A stretch of DNA of 34,785 nucleotides from an uncultured Fimbriimonadales bacterium (lineage in GTDB: Bacteria > Armatimonadota > Fimbriimonadia > Fimbriimonadales > GBS-DC). The stretch covers positions 4,632 to 39,416 of the forward strand of contig CAZQPV010000001.1 of NCBI GenBank assembly GCA_964595265.1, read 5' to 3'. Shown here in pieces: positions 9,896 to 18,252 of the stretch. The notes beneath the pieces are model-generated. The model was not told where the DNA came from, searched no databases, and saw only the letters and a program-made list of their open reading frames with translations. A program made the translations under genes and the position numbers. The first letter of the stretch is position 1. Every line of letters starts with the position of its first letter.

Positions 9896-9896
9896 T
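9867..9896 (+). promoter_or_regulatory. Consensus promoter for tRNA-Glu (TTGACA-N18-TATAAT), embedded in the last codons of ndh
   Basis: TTGACA lies at 9867-9872 and TATAAT at 9891-9896. The tRNA 5' end is at 9911. Confidence 0.6.
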
Positions 9897-9910
9897 AAGA
9901 GGCGTCAGGT

Positions 9911-9987
9911 GGCCCCATGGTCTAGTGGTCTAGGACGCCTGGTTCTCAGCCAGGAGGACGGGGGTTCGAATCCCCCTGGGGCTACCA
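9911..9987 (+). tRNA. tRNA-Glu (anticodon CUC), 77 nt with encoded CCA
   Basis: Hand-folded cloverleaf:
- acceptor GGCCCCA/TGGGGCT
- D stem GTCT/GGAC
- anticodon stem CCTGG/CCAGG with loop TTCTCAG
- T arm GGGGG-TTCGAAT-CCCCC
- discriminator A followed by CCA, then a T7 run. Confidence 0.9.
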
Positions 9988-9992
9988 TTTTT

Positions 9993-11096
9993 TTATGCTT
10001 GCACGGGAGCCTGCGCGGCTTTGCGACGCGACTCAGCGCGCTGGCGGATTTGCTCAATCTCTGCCTCCGTGATGGCTCGCTCAAAGCTGCGGAACCCCGC
10101 CAGTCGGAAGCCGTGTCTACGCGCCATCTGCTGAGTCTGCTCCACCTGCTCAAGAGAGACCTCTTTGCCCAGGGTAAAGTTTTCAATGCGCCCTTCCAGC
10201 GCCAGCATCATCGTTTCGGACATGCAGGCGTAAGCGGTTCGGGGTGGGAACCCAAAATCAAAGCCGAAATCGACTTCACCCGGCACCGCGACCAGTCCGC
10301 CCTCAATCACCAGCACATCGTCGCGTTCGCGGGCGACGCGCACCGACACATCGCGCGGACGCGCCACATCCACCACCACCGCGCCCACTTTGAGGTCTTT
10401 CGGATAAATCACGGCGTCCACGGCGCTGGTGACGGTAATCACGACATCGGCGGTGGGCAAATCGCGGCTGATGTCGGTGGAGACGCCCACGCTGCCGCGC
10501 GCACGCTCACGCAGTTGCGCCGCAATTGGCTCCAGTCGGCTTACATCGCGCCCCAGCAGCAAAATGCGCTCCGCCACGGGCGCCAGTGCCTCCGCACAGG
10601 TGCGCCCGATGGAACCTGTCGCGCCCACCACTGCCACAGTGGCGTTTTCGATACCGATGCCCATGCGCCGTGCGCCCTCTACGGCGGCTTCAATCGCTGT
10701 CGCTACCGTGTAGCTGTTGCCCGTCGTAACGGCAATGTCCAGATTCTTCGCAATCGTAATGCCGCCATCCCCCACCACCGAGGTGAACGCGCCAAGACCA
10801 ATTATCTCCGCCCCCAGCTCCTGTGCAATCTGCCCACAGCGGATAATCTTCTGATACACAAAATCCAGCGGCAACGAGAGCATCATCCGCGGTGAGAGCG
10901 GACAGCCAATGAACCAGCCCTCGGTCTCCGCCCCTGTCAGCGAGCGCACCCCCGTGATTCTGGAGACCACCATCGGCTCTTTGCGCTTCAGCAGCGACTC
11001 CACCCACGACTCAGGCAGATACCGTGCAATCGGGTACTTGCGCGCCGCATCCCGCTTCACATCAATCGGATGAATGACAAAGGCAAACCGATGCAT
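9993..11096 (-). CDS. Acyl-ACP reductase (AAR)-family NAD(P)-dependent oxidoreductase homologue; often annotated shikimate-dehydrogenase-like
   Basis: Remembered alignment to Synechococcus AAR:
- GLGAFTSVV matches ALGGFTSII
- VTTGNSYTVATAIEAAVEGARRMGIGIENATVAVVGATGSIG matches FTTGNTHTAYV...ATVAVVGATGDIG
- YACMSETMMLALEG matches FACFAEAMLLEFEG, including the catalytic Cys position
- ARRHGF matches VRHGF
GGAGGAG Shine-Dalgarno lies upstream. Confidence 0.7.
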   Translation of the reverse strand: MHRFAFVIHPIDVKRDAARKYPIARYLPESWVESLLKRKEPMVVSRITGVRSLTGAETEGWFIGCPLSPRMMLSLPLDFVYQKIIRCGQIAQELGAEIIGLGAFTSVVGDGGITIAKNLDIAVTTGNSYTVATAIEAAVEGARRMGIGIENATVAVVGATGSIGRTCAEALAPVAERILLLGRDVSRLEPIAAQLRERARGSVGVSTDISRDLPTADVVITVTSAVDAVIYPKDLKVGAVVVDVARPRDVSVRVARERDDVLVIEGGLVAVPGEVDFGFDFGFPPRTAYACMSETMMLALEGRIENFTLGKEVSLEQVEQTQQMARRHGFRLAGFRSFERAITEAEIEQIRQRAESRRKAAQAPVQA

Positions 11097-11145
11097 AGAC
11101 TCCTCCGTCTAAAAGGATACCCTATGAGGCGGTACAATTACCGCG

Positions 11146-11760
11146 ATGATTGGGCGCTTGACAGGGTATCTTGTGGGTCTGGAGGGCGATACGCTCCTGC
11201 TGGATGTGCAGGGGGTGGGTTATGAGGTGCGGGTTCCCCAGAGCGTGCGGGCGCAACTGCCAGCGCTGGGGGAGATGCTGACGCTCCATGTACGCACACT
11301 TTTCAGCGAGGAAGAGGGACTGATGCTGTTTGGGTTCACCGAGCTGGCGCAACGCAAGCTGTTTGACCTGCTTTTGCGGGTGAGTGGCGTCGGACCGAAG
11401 ATGGCGATGAATCTGCTCAGCGCGGCGGAGCCAGAGGCGCTGGCGCGAGCCATTGCCCGGAAAGATACGCGCTACCTGCGAAGCCTGCCAGGGGTCGGCG
11501 CAAAGTTAGCCGAGCGGATGGCGCTGGAACTGGCGGATAAGGTCGCCGGGTTCGCTTTTGAACGCAAGATTGAGCGACTGGAGGCGGCGTCCCGAACCAG
11601 CCAGATCGATCTTGAGGCGCTTGCCGAGGGGCTGGTGCAGCTCGGCTACTCGCGACGGGACGCGCTCAATACGCTCACGAATCTGCTCAACGAGAACCCC
11701 TCCGCCGACGAAGCGACCCTGATGCGCCTTGCGCTGACCCGCCTCGGCTTGAAGCGATAA
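11146..11760 (+). CDS. ruvA: Holliday junction branch migration complex subunit RuvA
   Basis: It starts MIGRLTGYLV...LLLDVQGVGYEVRVP and has HhH motifs (VSGVGPKMA, LPGVGAKLAERM) and a C-terminal domain III. Confidence 0.9.
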   Translation: MIGRLTGYLVGLEGDTLLLDVQGVGYEVRVPQSVRAQLPALGEMLTLHVRTLFSEEEGLMLFGFTELAQRKLFDLLLRVSGVGPKMAMNLLSAAEPEALARAIARKDTRYLRSLPGVGAKLAERMALELADKVAGFAFERKIERLEAASRTSQIDLEALAEGLVQLGYSRRDALNTLTNLLNENPSADEATLMRLALTRLGLKR

Positions 11761-11764
11761 ACCT

Positions 11765-12724
11765 CTACGGCGCCGCAGTCTGAAACACGCCCATCTGACG
11801 GAACCGCTGATAGCGGTGTTCCCGAAGCGCTTCGGGTTCCATCTGGCTCAACTCGTCTAATTGCTGCAATACGGCGGAGCGCACGCTCAGCGCGGTGGTC
11901 TGCGGGTCGCGATGTGCGGCGCCCAGCGGCTCTGGCACAATCAGGTCGATCAGTTTCAAGCGGAGCGCCTCTTCGGCGGTCAGTTTGAGCGCGTTCGCGG
12001 CTTCGGGCGCGCGGTTCGGGTCGCGCCACAGAATCGCGGCGCACCCTTCAGGCGGGATGACGGAATAAATCGCATGCTCCAGCATCAGTACCCGGTTCGT
12101 GGCAGCCAGCGCAATCGCGCCGCCGCTGCCCCCTTCCCCTAAAATCACCGAAACGGTGGGCACGGTCAGCTCAAACAGCGTGAGCATGGAGCGGGCAATC
12201 GCCTCGCTAATCCCTCGTGATTCCGACTCGACGCCAGGATCCGCTGCGGGGGTGTCCACCAGCGTCAGCACAGGTAGGCGAAACTTCTCGGCGAGCTGGA
12301 ACATGCGCATCGCCTTGCGATAGCCCTCCGGTTTCGCCATAGCGAAGTTGCGCTTCTGGCGCTCTTTAAGGTCGCGCCCCTTCTGCTGCCCCACAATCAC
12401 CAGCCGATATGAACCCAGCTTACCCACGCCCGCCACAATCGCGGGGTCATCGAATCCCAGACGGTCGCCGTGCAGTTCCAGAAAACTTTCGCACATCAGG
12501 CGAATATAATCCAACGCGTAGGGGCGTTTGGGGTGCCGTGCGAGCAAAACTTTGTCCCACGGACGCAGATGACTGAAAATCTGCCGGAGCAGGCGCTCGC
12601 GCTGGGCTTCCAGCTCCGCAATCTCGCGCGTGCGGTCTATCCCCTTCTCCGCCACCAGCTGGCGCAACTCCTGAATCGCGCTCTCCAGCTCGTTAATCGG
12701 CTTTTCGAAGTCAAAAATTGTCAT
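11765..12724 (-). CDS. accA: Acetyl-CoA carboxylase carboxyltransferase subunit alpha
   Basis: It shows the typical AccA pattern (FEKPI.ELE..I.EL, HPKRPY.LDYI, HGDR.F.DD.AIV.G, GGSGGALA). Its start overlaps the accD stop (ATGA at 12721-12724). Confidence 0.93.
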   Translation of the reverse strand: MTIFDFEKPINELESAIQELRQLVAEKGIDRTREIAELEAQRERLLRQIFSHLRPWDKVLLARHPKRPYALDYIRLMCESFLELHGDRLGFDDPAIVAGVGKLGSYRLVIVGQQKGRDLKERQKRNFAMAKPEGYRKAMRMFQLAEKFRLPVLTLVDTPAADPGVESESRGISEAIARSMLTLFELTVPTVSVILGEGGSGGAIALAATNRVLMLEHAIYSVIPPEGCAAILWRDPNRAPEAANALKLTAEEALRLKLIDLIVPEPLGAAHRDPQTTALSVRSAVLQQLDELSQMEPEALREHRYQRFRQMGVFQTAAP

Positions 12725-13533
12725 GCTGACTCCCCTCCCGTGAAGATGTCCAGCAGGTAGGCAAGCGTCGGGCGGATTTGCTTGCGGGGCACAATCAGGT
12801 CAATCATGCCGTGTTCCATCTGGAACTCGGCGGTCTGGAAGTTGGCAGGTGGCTTGCCCACCGATGCCTGCGCTGCGACACGCTGCCCTGCGAACCCCAC
12901 CAGCGCGCCCGGCTCGGCAAGAATCACATCCGCGAGCGAGGCGAAGCTCGCCAGCACCCCCGCCATCGTGGGGTCAGTAAACACGGCGATATAGGGCTGA
13001 CGCGCCTGCTGGAACCGCGCTACGCCCGCTGTCGTTTTCGCCATCTGCATTAGCGAGACTAGCCCCTCCTGCATCCGCGCGCCCCCCGAAGCACAGAACA
13101 GAATCACAGGCACGCTCTGCTCCAGCCCGCGCTCAAAGCAGCGCACCACCTTCTCGCCTACAACCGACCCCATACTTCCGCCCATAAACGCGAAATCCAT
13201 CACGCCAAGCACCACGCGATGCCCTTCAATCGTGGCAATCCCTGTGATGATTGCCTCGTTCTCGCCAGCCGCCTGGGCGCCCTTCGCCAGCTTGTCGGCG
13301 TACTCCGGGAATCCGAGGGGGTCGGCAGGACGCAAATCGGCGTCGGTCTCCACAAAGCTGCTGGGGTCTACGGTGAACGCAATCCGTTCGCGAGCGCGGA
13401 GGCGGTGATGATGCCCACACGCAGGGCAGACCCGCATCGCCTGCTCAAAATCGGGCTTGAAGAGAATCTTTTTGCACTTTGCACACTGCACCCACTGATC
13501 CGAGGCGCTCGCCACAACCGCTCGCCTTTGCAT
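12721..13533 (-). CDS. accD: Acetyl-CoA carboxylase carboxyltransferase subunit beta
   Basis: It has the N-terminal zinc ribbon CAKCKKILF...CPACGHHHR and a carboxyltransferase body. I chose the ATG at 13533 because GGGTAGAAT sits 7 nt upstream. The track ORF extends to a TTG at 13569. Confidence 0.88.
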   Translation of the reverse strand: MQRRAVVASASDQWVQCAKCKKILFKPDFEQAMRVCPACGHHHRLRARERIAFTVDPSSFVETDADLRPADPLGFPEYADKLAKGAQAAGENEAIITGIATIEGHRVVLGVMDFAFMGGSMGSVVGEKVVRCFERGLEQSVPVILFCASGGARMQEGLVSLMQMAKTTAGVARFQQARQPYIAVFTDPTMAGVLASFASLADVILAEPGALVGFAGQRVAAQASVGKPPANFQTAEFQMEHGMIDLIVPRKQIRPTLAYLLDIFTGGESA

Positions 13534-13550
13534 GGCTTCAATTCTACCCG

Positions 13551-13586
13551 AAACGAGAAAAGGGGGCAAGGAGTCTCCCCTGCCCC
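13551..13586 (-). terminator. Putative rho-independent terminator after nrdJ, immediately upstream of the accD -10
   Basis: The minus strand reads GGGGCAGGGGAGactCCTTGCCCC followed by cttttctcgttt. The stem includes G-U pairs. Confidence 0.5.
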
Positions 13587-13617
13587 AATTATCAAGGGTC
13601 TGGATGGAAAGAGGCGA

Positions 13618-16600
13618 CTATCCGCATCCGAAGGAGGTGCCGCAGTTGAGGCACTGATGGCATGCCCCAGAGCGCACCATAATCATCCCACAGTTTGGGC
13701 AGGGGGGCGCATCCTGCTGCAGTTTCACGATTTTCGACCAGTCCGTGGTCTTCGCCCCCTGCGGTGTTGCAGAGACCGTTGGCTCCGTTTTGGCGCCTTC
13801 CACTCCGATGGTTTCGGGTTGCGTGGCGGCGGCGTGCGCGGTCAGGGTTGCCTCATCCAGCGGCTGAACCTGGGGCGGCTGGTGGTTCAGGAACTTCAGC
13901 GCCAGCCAGCGGAAGATATAGTCCACAATTGAGGTCGCCACAGGAATCTGGGGGTTGTTGGTGAAGCCGCTGGGCTGGAAGCGCGTGTAGGAGAACTTCT
14001 CCACCAGCTTCTCCAGCGGCACGCCATACTGGAGCGCCATCGAGATGGCAGTCGCGAAGGCGTCCATCAAGCCGGAGATAACGGAGCCTTCCTTCGCCAT
14101 CGTCACGAAGATTTCGCCCGGCGTGCCGTCCTCGTACATGCCGACGGTGATGTAGCCCTCATGCCCCGCGATGCTGAACTTGTGGGTGATGCTCTTGCGC
14201 TCATCAGGCAGATGGCGTCGCACGGGGCGCTCCACAATCTGCACCGTCGCCTGAGCCGACTTCTGCCCCTCACTGGGCTTTTTCGTGGAGAGCGGCTGGG
14301 TGCGCTTGCTTCCATCGCGATAGATGGCAATCGCCTTCAGCCCCAACTTCCACGCTTCCATGTAGATTCGCTCGATATCCTCAGGCGTGGCATCGTTGGG
14401 CATGTTCACAGTCTTGGAGATGGCGCCCGACAGGAACGGCTGCACCGCCGCCATCATCTTCACATGCGCCATCGGCGGGAGGCTTCGCTTCCCCTTTGCT
14501 GGGCGGAAGGCGCAGTCGAACACAGGCAGATGCTCCTCTTTCAGGTACGGCGCGCCTTCAATGGTGTCATGCTCGTCGATATACTTGGTGATGGCTTCGA
14601 TCTGTTCGGGGGTGTATCCCAACTGCTGAAGCGCCAGAGGCACCGTGGTGTTCACAATCTTCAGCAGCCCGCCGCCGACCAGCGTCTTGTATTTCACCAG
14701 TGCGATATCGGGTTCAATCCCTGTGGTGTCGCAGTCCATCATAAAGGCTATAGTTCCGGTGGGAGCTAGTACCGTGACCTGCGCATTCCGGTAGCCGTGC
14801 TTCTCGCCGAGCTTGAGGGTTTCCTCCCAGATGGCGCGCGCGGCGCCCATCAGCGACGACGGCACCAGATCCGCCCGAATCTGGTTGAGCGCATCGGCGT
14901 GCATGCGCATCACTTCCAGCATCGGCTCACGGTTCAGCTCAAAGCCCGGAAACGGCGCGCCGCAATCCCGCGCAATAATGGCAGACTGCCGGTACGCCTC
15001 GCCGTGCATAATCGCGGTCAGCACGGCGGCGTAGGCGCGCCCCTCGTCGCTATCATAGGGCAAGCCCAGCGACATCAGCAACGCGCCGAGATTCGCATAC
15101 CCCAGCCCCAGCGGGCGGAAGTTGTGGCTGTTGTCCGCAATCCGCTCGGTCGGGTACGCTGAGTTGTCCACGATAATCTCCTGCGCCGTGATAAGCGTGC
15201 GCACCGCCGCCCGGTATGCCTCCACATCGAAGCTGCCATCAGGCAGGCGGAACTTCATCAAGTTCAGGCTCGCGAGGTTGCAGGATGTGTCGTTCAAAAA
15301 CACAAATTCCGAGCAATTCGCAACGACAAGTCCGTTGACGATGTAGGTATGATGAACCGGCTCGGTCAAGTTGTAGGTCAGTTCGTACCCGTCGAACTCG
15401 CGCTCCACAAGATGCGCATCGATGCGCACCGCGTAGAACTCATGTTCCTGAACCCAGCGCTCAAGAATTTGCTGTTTACTGGCGGTCGCAAAACCGATGT
15501 AGTCATAGAAGCGCCGAATCGAGGGTCCTGTGATGCGCAGGTCGTGGCTGTTGCCCTGAGAGGAATAGGTCACCTGCTGACCGTCGCGTTTGCGTGTGTA
15601 GCGGAACTTGGCTTGCTTGGGCGGTTGCGTGTAGATCCGGCTCTGGATGCCGAACATCAGCAGCAGTTGCTGTACCTGTTGCAGGAGAGTGAGCGACTTG
15701 CTCCCCAGCCCAACATAGCGGGTGTCCTTTTTCTGATCGTCACGGACGCAGCCATCGGCGGTAAACAGCCCACGCAGGTAAGCCGCCACAATCTCCGCTG
15801 GTGCACGGAAGATTGCTTCCGGCACGCATTTTTCAGCGGCTTTCGCTCGCTTCACGCCCAGCGCTTGCAGGAAACGGCTGAACGCCGCTCGCACGACGCG
15901 CAGCTGAACCGTGCCGTTGGCTTGCTGGCTGATATGCGGACGCAACCCCAGCGACTCCAGCACAGCACGGTGGCGAGGCAGCAACTGTTCCTGCTCTTCA
16001 GCGCCGCCGTATGTCCAGATGACCATCGGGCTGGAGCGCACGAAGCAGCCATCGCCCGTGAGGTGTCCCAGCATCTCCGCGAAGGGCACAGACCACTCGG
16101 AGGGCAAGTTGAGCGGGGCGTGGCGCTCACCCTTCGCACGCAACTGCTTCCAGTCGGCGGGCACAGGCAGCTCCCACGAAGCGTCTACTGGCAGGCACGG
16201 AGTGTCCACCACCAGAACCGCGTCGTCTGGAGTCAACTCATCGGCGCGCACCATGCCACGATTCAGGGTGAAGAACCGATGATTGGGCGTACAGCGCACC
16301 TCAATCCCGTTCGAGAAGCGCAACCGCCATACCTCATTCACGCCCGTAATCATCCACTGGGTCGGCTCACTCAACAGAACGCCCTCGTGCGGCTCGCGGG
16401 CTGTACGATTGTGCGTGTAAACCCGTATCGACTCGCCCCGACTCACCCGATGCATGAGCTCCCGAAACGGGATTAGACCTCTGGAGGTGTAAACGAGGCT
16501 ATCGCCAGTGAAGCACGGGTTGCTCGCCTCAATCGGACCGCTGTTTTTGACCGTGTGCCAGCGGTTGGTGGTATCGTGGAACTGCAAGCCAGGGTCGCCG

Positions 16601-17715
16601 CAAATCCACGCCGCTTCCGCAATTTTGCGGAACAGGTCGCGCGCCCGGTAGCGCCCCAGCACCTCGCCTGTGGTACGGGCAGTCGTACACCACTCTTTAT
16701 CCTCCTCTACCGCCCGCATAAACTCGTCGGTAACGCGCACGCTGTGATTCGCATTCTGGAAGAAAACCGAATCATACGCGCCGCCGGGCACATTGAAGCC
16801 TGGATCGTAGCCCGCCTCAATCAGCGCCCACGCTTTCTGCTCCTCTTTGGCTTTGCACTCGATGAAGTCCACAATATCGGGGTGGTCAATATTCAGCACC
16901 ACCATTTTGGCGGCGCGACGGGTTTTGCCGCCGCTCTTGATAACCCCTGCGAAGGCGTCAAAGCCGCGCATAAACGACACGGGACCCGACGCACGCCCGC
17001 CCCCCGACAGATACTCCTGCGAGCCGCGAATACGCGACAGGTTCGAGCCAGACCCAGAGCCGTACTTGAAAATCATCCCCTCGGTTTTGGCAAGCTCCAG
17101 AATCGACTCCATCGTGTCCTCTACGGAGACGATAAAACACGCCGAGCATTGCGGGCGCGGCTCAATCCCGACATTGAACCAGACGGGACTGTTGAAGGCG
17201 GCATACTGGTGCAACAGCAGATATTTCAGCTCATCGCGGAAGGCATCGGCGTCTTCCTCGCTGGCGAAGTAGCGCATCTCGCGCCCCCAGCGCGAAATGG
17301 TGTCCACCACGCGCCCAATCACCTGACGCACGCTGGTCTCGCGCTCCGGGGTGCCCACCTGACCCCGGAAATATTTGGAGACCACTACATTCGTTGCCAG
17401 CTGCGACCAGGAGCGCGGCACCTCCACATCCTTTTGCTCAAACACCACCTCGCCGCGCTCGCCCGTAATCACCGCTGTGCGCTTCTCCCATTCCACCTGG
17501 TCGAACGGGTCCACGCCCGCCTGTGTGAAATAGCGTTTGAAGCGCAATCCCTTGCCACGATTAATCAGGTCAAACTTCTCGCGGGGTACATAACCATAGC
17601 GTCGTGCTGTGCCGTTCGTAGTCGGCTTTTGCGCCTCTTCTTTGGCAGCGGTCTCTACGACAGCGCCGTTCGTTGTTTCCACCATATCCAGCAGACCTTC
17701 TTCAGGGTTAAACAT
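13618..17715 (-). CDS. nrdJ: Adenosylcobalamin-dependent (class II) ribonucleotide reductase NrdJ, interrupted by an in-frame 400-aa intein; Cys-rich zinc-ribbon C-terminal tail
   Basis: Conserved class II blocks are present: NSPVWFN, CSACF, ASNPC|SEFVFLNDTSCNLASLNL once the intein is removed, and APTGTI. The C-terminus is CPNCG...CHQCLNCGTSFGCG. GAGGAGG Shine-Dalgarno precedes it, and it lies downstream of nrdR. Confidence 0.93.
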   Translation of the reverse strand: MFNPEEGLLDMVETTNGAVVETAAKEEAQKPTTNGTARRYGYVPREKFDLINRGKGLRFKRYFTQAGVDPFDQVEWEKRTAVITGERGEVVFEQKDVEVPRSWSQLATNVVVSKYFRGQVGTPERETSVRQVIGRVVDTISRWGREMRYFASEEDADAFRDELKYLLLHQYAAFNSPVWFNVGIEPRPQCSACFIVSVEDTMESILELAKTEGMIFKYGSGSGSNLSRIRGSQEYLSGGGRASGPVSFMRGFDAFAGVIKSGGKTRRAAKMVVLNIDHPDIVDFIECKAKEEQKAWALIEAGYDPGFNVPGGAYDSVFFQNANHSVRVTDEFMRAVEEDKEWCTTARTTGEVLGRYRARDLFRKIAEAAWICGDPGLQFHDTTNRWHTVKNSGPIEASNPCFTGDSLVYTSRGLIPFRELMHRVSRGESIRVYTHNRTAREPHEGVLLSEPTQWMITGVNEVWRLRFSNGIEVRCTPNHRFFTLNRGMVRADELTPDDAVLVVDTPCLPVDASWELPVPADWKQLRAKGERHAPLNLPSEWSVPFAEMLGHLTGDGCFVRSSPMVIWTYGGAEEQEQLLPRHRAVLESLGLRPHISQQANGTVQLRVVRAAFSRFLQALGVKRAKAAEKCVPEAIFRAPAEIVAAYLRGLFTADGCVRDDQKKDTRYVGLGSKSLTLLQQVQQLLLMFGIQSRIYTQPPKQAKFRYTRKRDGQQVTYSSQGNSHDLRITGPSIRRFYDYIGFATASKQQILERWVQEHEFYAVRIDAHLVEREFDGYELTYNLTEPVHHTYIVNGLVVANCSEFVFLNDTSCNLASLNLMKFRLPDGSFDVEAYRAAVRTLITAQEIIVDNSAYPTERIADNSHNFRPLGLGYANLGALLMSLGLPYDSDEGRAYAAVLTAIMHGEAYRQSAIIARDCGAPFPGFELNREPMLEVMRMHADALNQIRADLVPSSLMGAARAIWEETLKLGEKHGYRNAQVTVLAPTGTIAFMMDCDTTGIEPDIALVKYKTLVGGGLLKIVNTTVPLALQQLGYTPEQIEAITKYIDEHDTIEGAPYLKEEHLPVFDCAFRPAKGKRSLPPMAHVKMMAAVQPFLSGAISKTVNMPNDATPEDIERIYMEAWKLGLKAIAIYRDGSKRTQPLSTKKPSEGQKSAQATVQIVERPVRRHLPDERKSITHKFSIAGHEGYITVGMYEDGTPGEIFVTMAKEGSVISGLMDAFATAISMALQYGVPLEKLVEKFSYTRFQPSGFTNNPQIPVATSIVDYIFRWLALKFLNHQPPQVQPLDEATLTAHAAATQPETIGVEGAKTEPTVSATPQGAKTTDWSKIVKLQQDAPPCPNCGMIMVRSGACHQCLNCGTSFGCG
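15316..16515 (-). mobile_element. Intein with LAGLIDADG (dodecapeptide) homing-endonuclease domain, residues 401-800 of the NrdJ precursor
   Basis: - N-terminal splicing block CFTGDSLV, with Cys1 codon at 16513-16515
- block B CTPNHRFFT
- two LAGLIDADG motifs, LGHLTGDGCF and AAYLRGLFTADGCV
- C-terminal block HTYIVNGLVVAN followed by a +1 Cys (codon 15313-15315)
Removing it restores ASNP-CSEFVFL. Confidence 0.9.
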
Positions 17716-17754
17716 TGCAGGAACCTCCTCTGAAAGGATATTGAGAAAGGCAGT

Positions 17755-18234
17755 TCATTGGCGCGATGCCGACGCGCGTTTTTGCATGCGGGTCAGCATC
17801 TGCACCAGACGGTTGAATTGCTGGGGGTCGTTGAACTCCTCATAGACCGATGCGAAGCGCACATAGGCAACGGGGTCAATCGCGAGGAGTTTTTCCATGA
17901 CCATGCGTCCGATTTCGGTGCTACTGATTTCGGACTCCATGCGGTTCTGGATTTCGTGTTCGATCTCATCCACGGCTTGTTCCAGCCGTTCCATACTGAC
18001 GGGGCGTTTCCTGCAGGCGATAACCATGCCGCGCAGGACTTTTTCCCGATCAAACGGCTCGCGGCGCCCATCTTTCTTGACGACCATCAGCGGACGCTCT
18101 TCGTAGCGCTCAAAAGTTGTGTAGCGTCGCCCGCACGCGAGGCACTCCCGACGCCGCCGAATGACCCGACCCTCCTGCGAAGGGCGCGAGTCCACCACAT
18201 GATCCTCATCCTTGCCACAATAAGGGCATCGCAT
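17755..18234 (-). CDS. nrdR: Transcriptional repressor NrdR (zinc ribbon plus ATP-cone)
   Basis: MRCPYCG...CLACGRRYTTFE forms the zinc ribbon, followed by an ATP-cone (VVKKDGRREPFDREKVLRG). Confidence 0.93.
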   Translation of the reverse strand: MRCPYCGKDEDHVVDSRPSQEGRVIRRRRECLACGRRYTTFERYEERPLMVVKKDGRREPFDREKVLRGMVIACRKRPVSMERLEQAVDEIEHEIQNRMESEISSTEIGRMVMEKLLAIDPVAYVRFASVYEEFNDPQQFNRLVQMLTRMQKRASASRQ

Positions 18235-18252
18235 GGTATCACCCTAATGAGT

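Noticed and set aside
13618-15315. Possible second intein in the C-terminal half of nrdJ.
   Set aside because: After removing residues 401-800, the remaining sequence reads as continuous class II RNR blocks. There are no further Cys/Ser-start ... His-Asn-type junctions or endonuclease motifs. The extra C-terminal length is the Cys-rich zinc-ribbon tail.
17716-17754. Possible cobalamin riboswitch or extra NrdR box between nrdR and nrdJ.
   Set aside because: This is only 39 nt and contains just a GAGGAGG ribosome-binding site. I saw no palindrome or conserved B12-box-like sequence.
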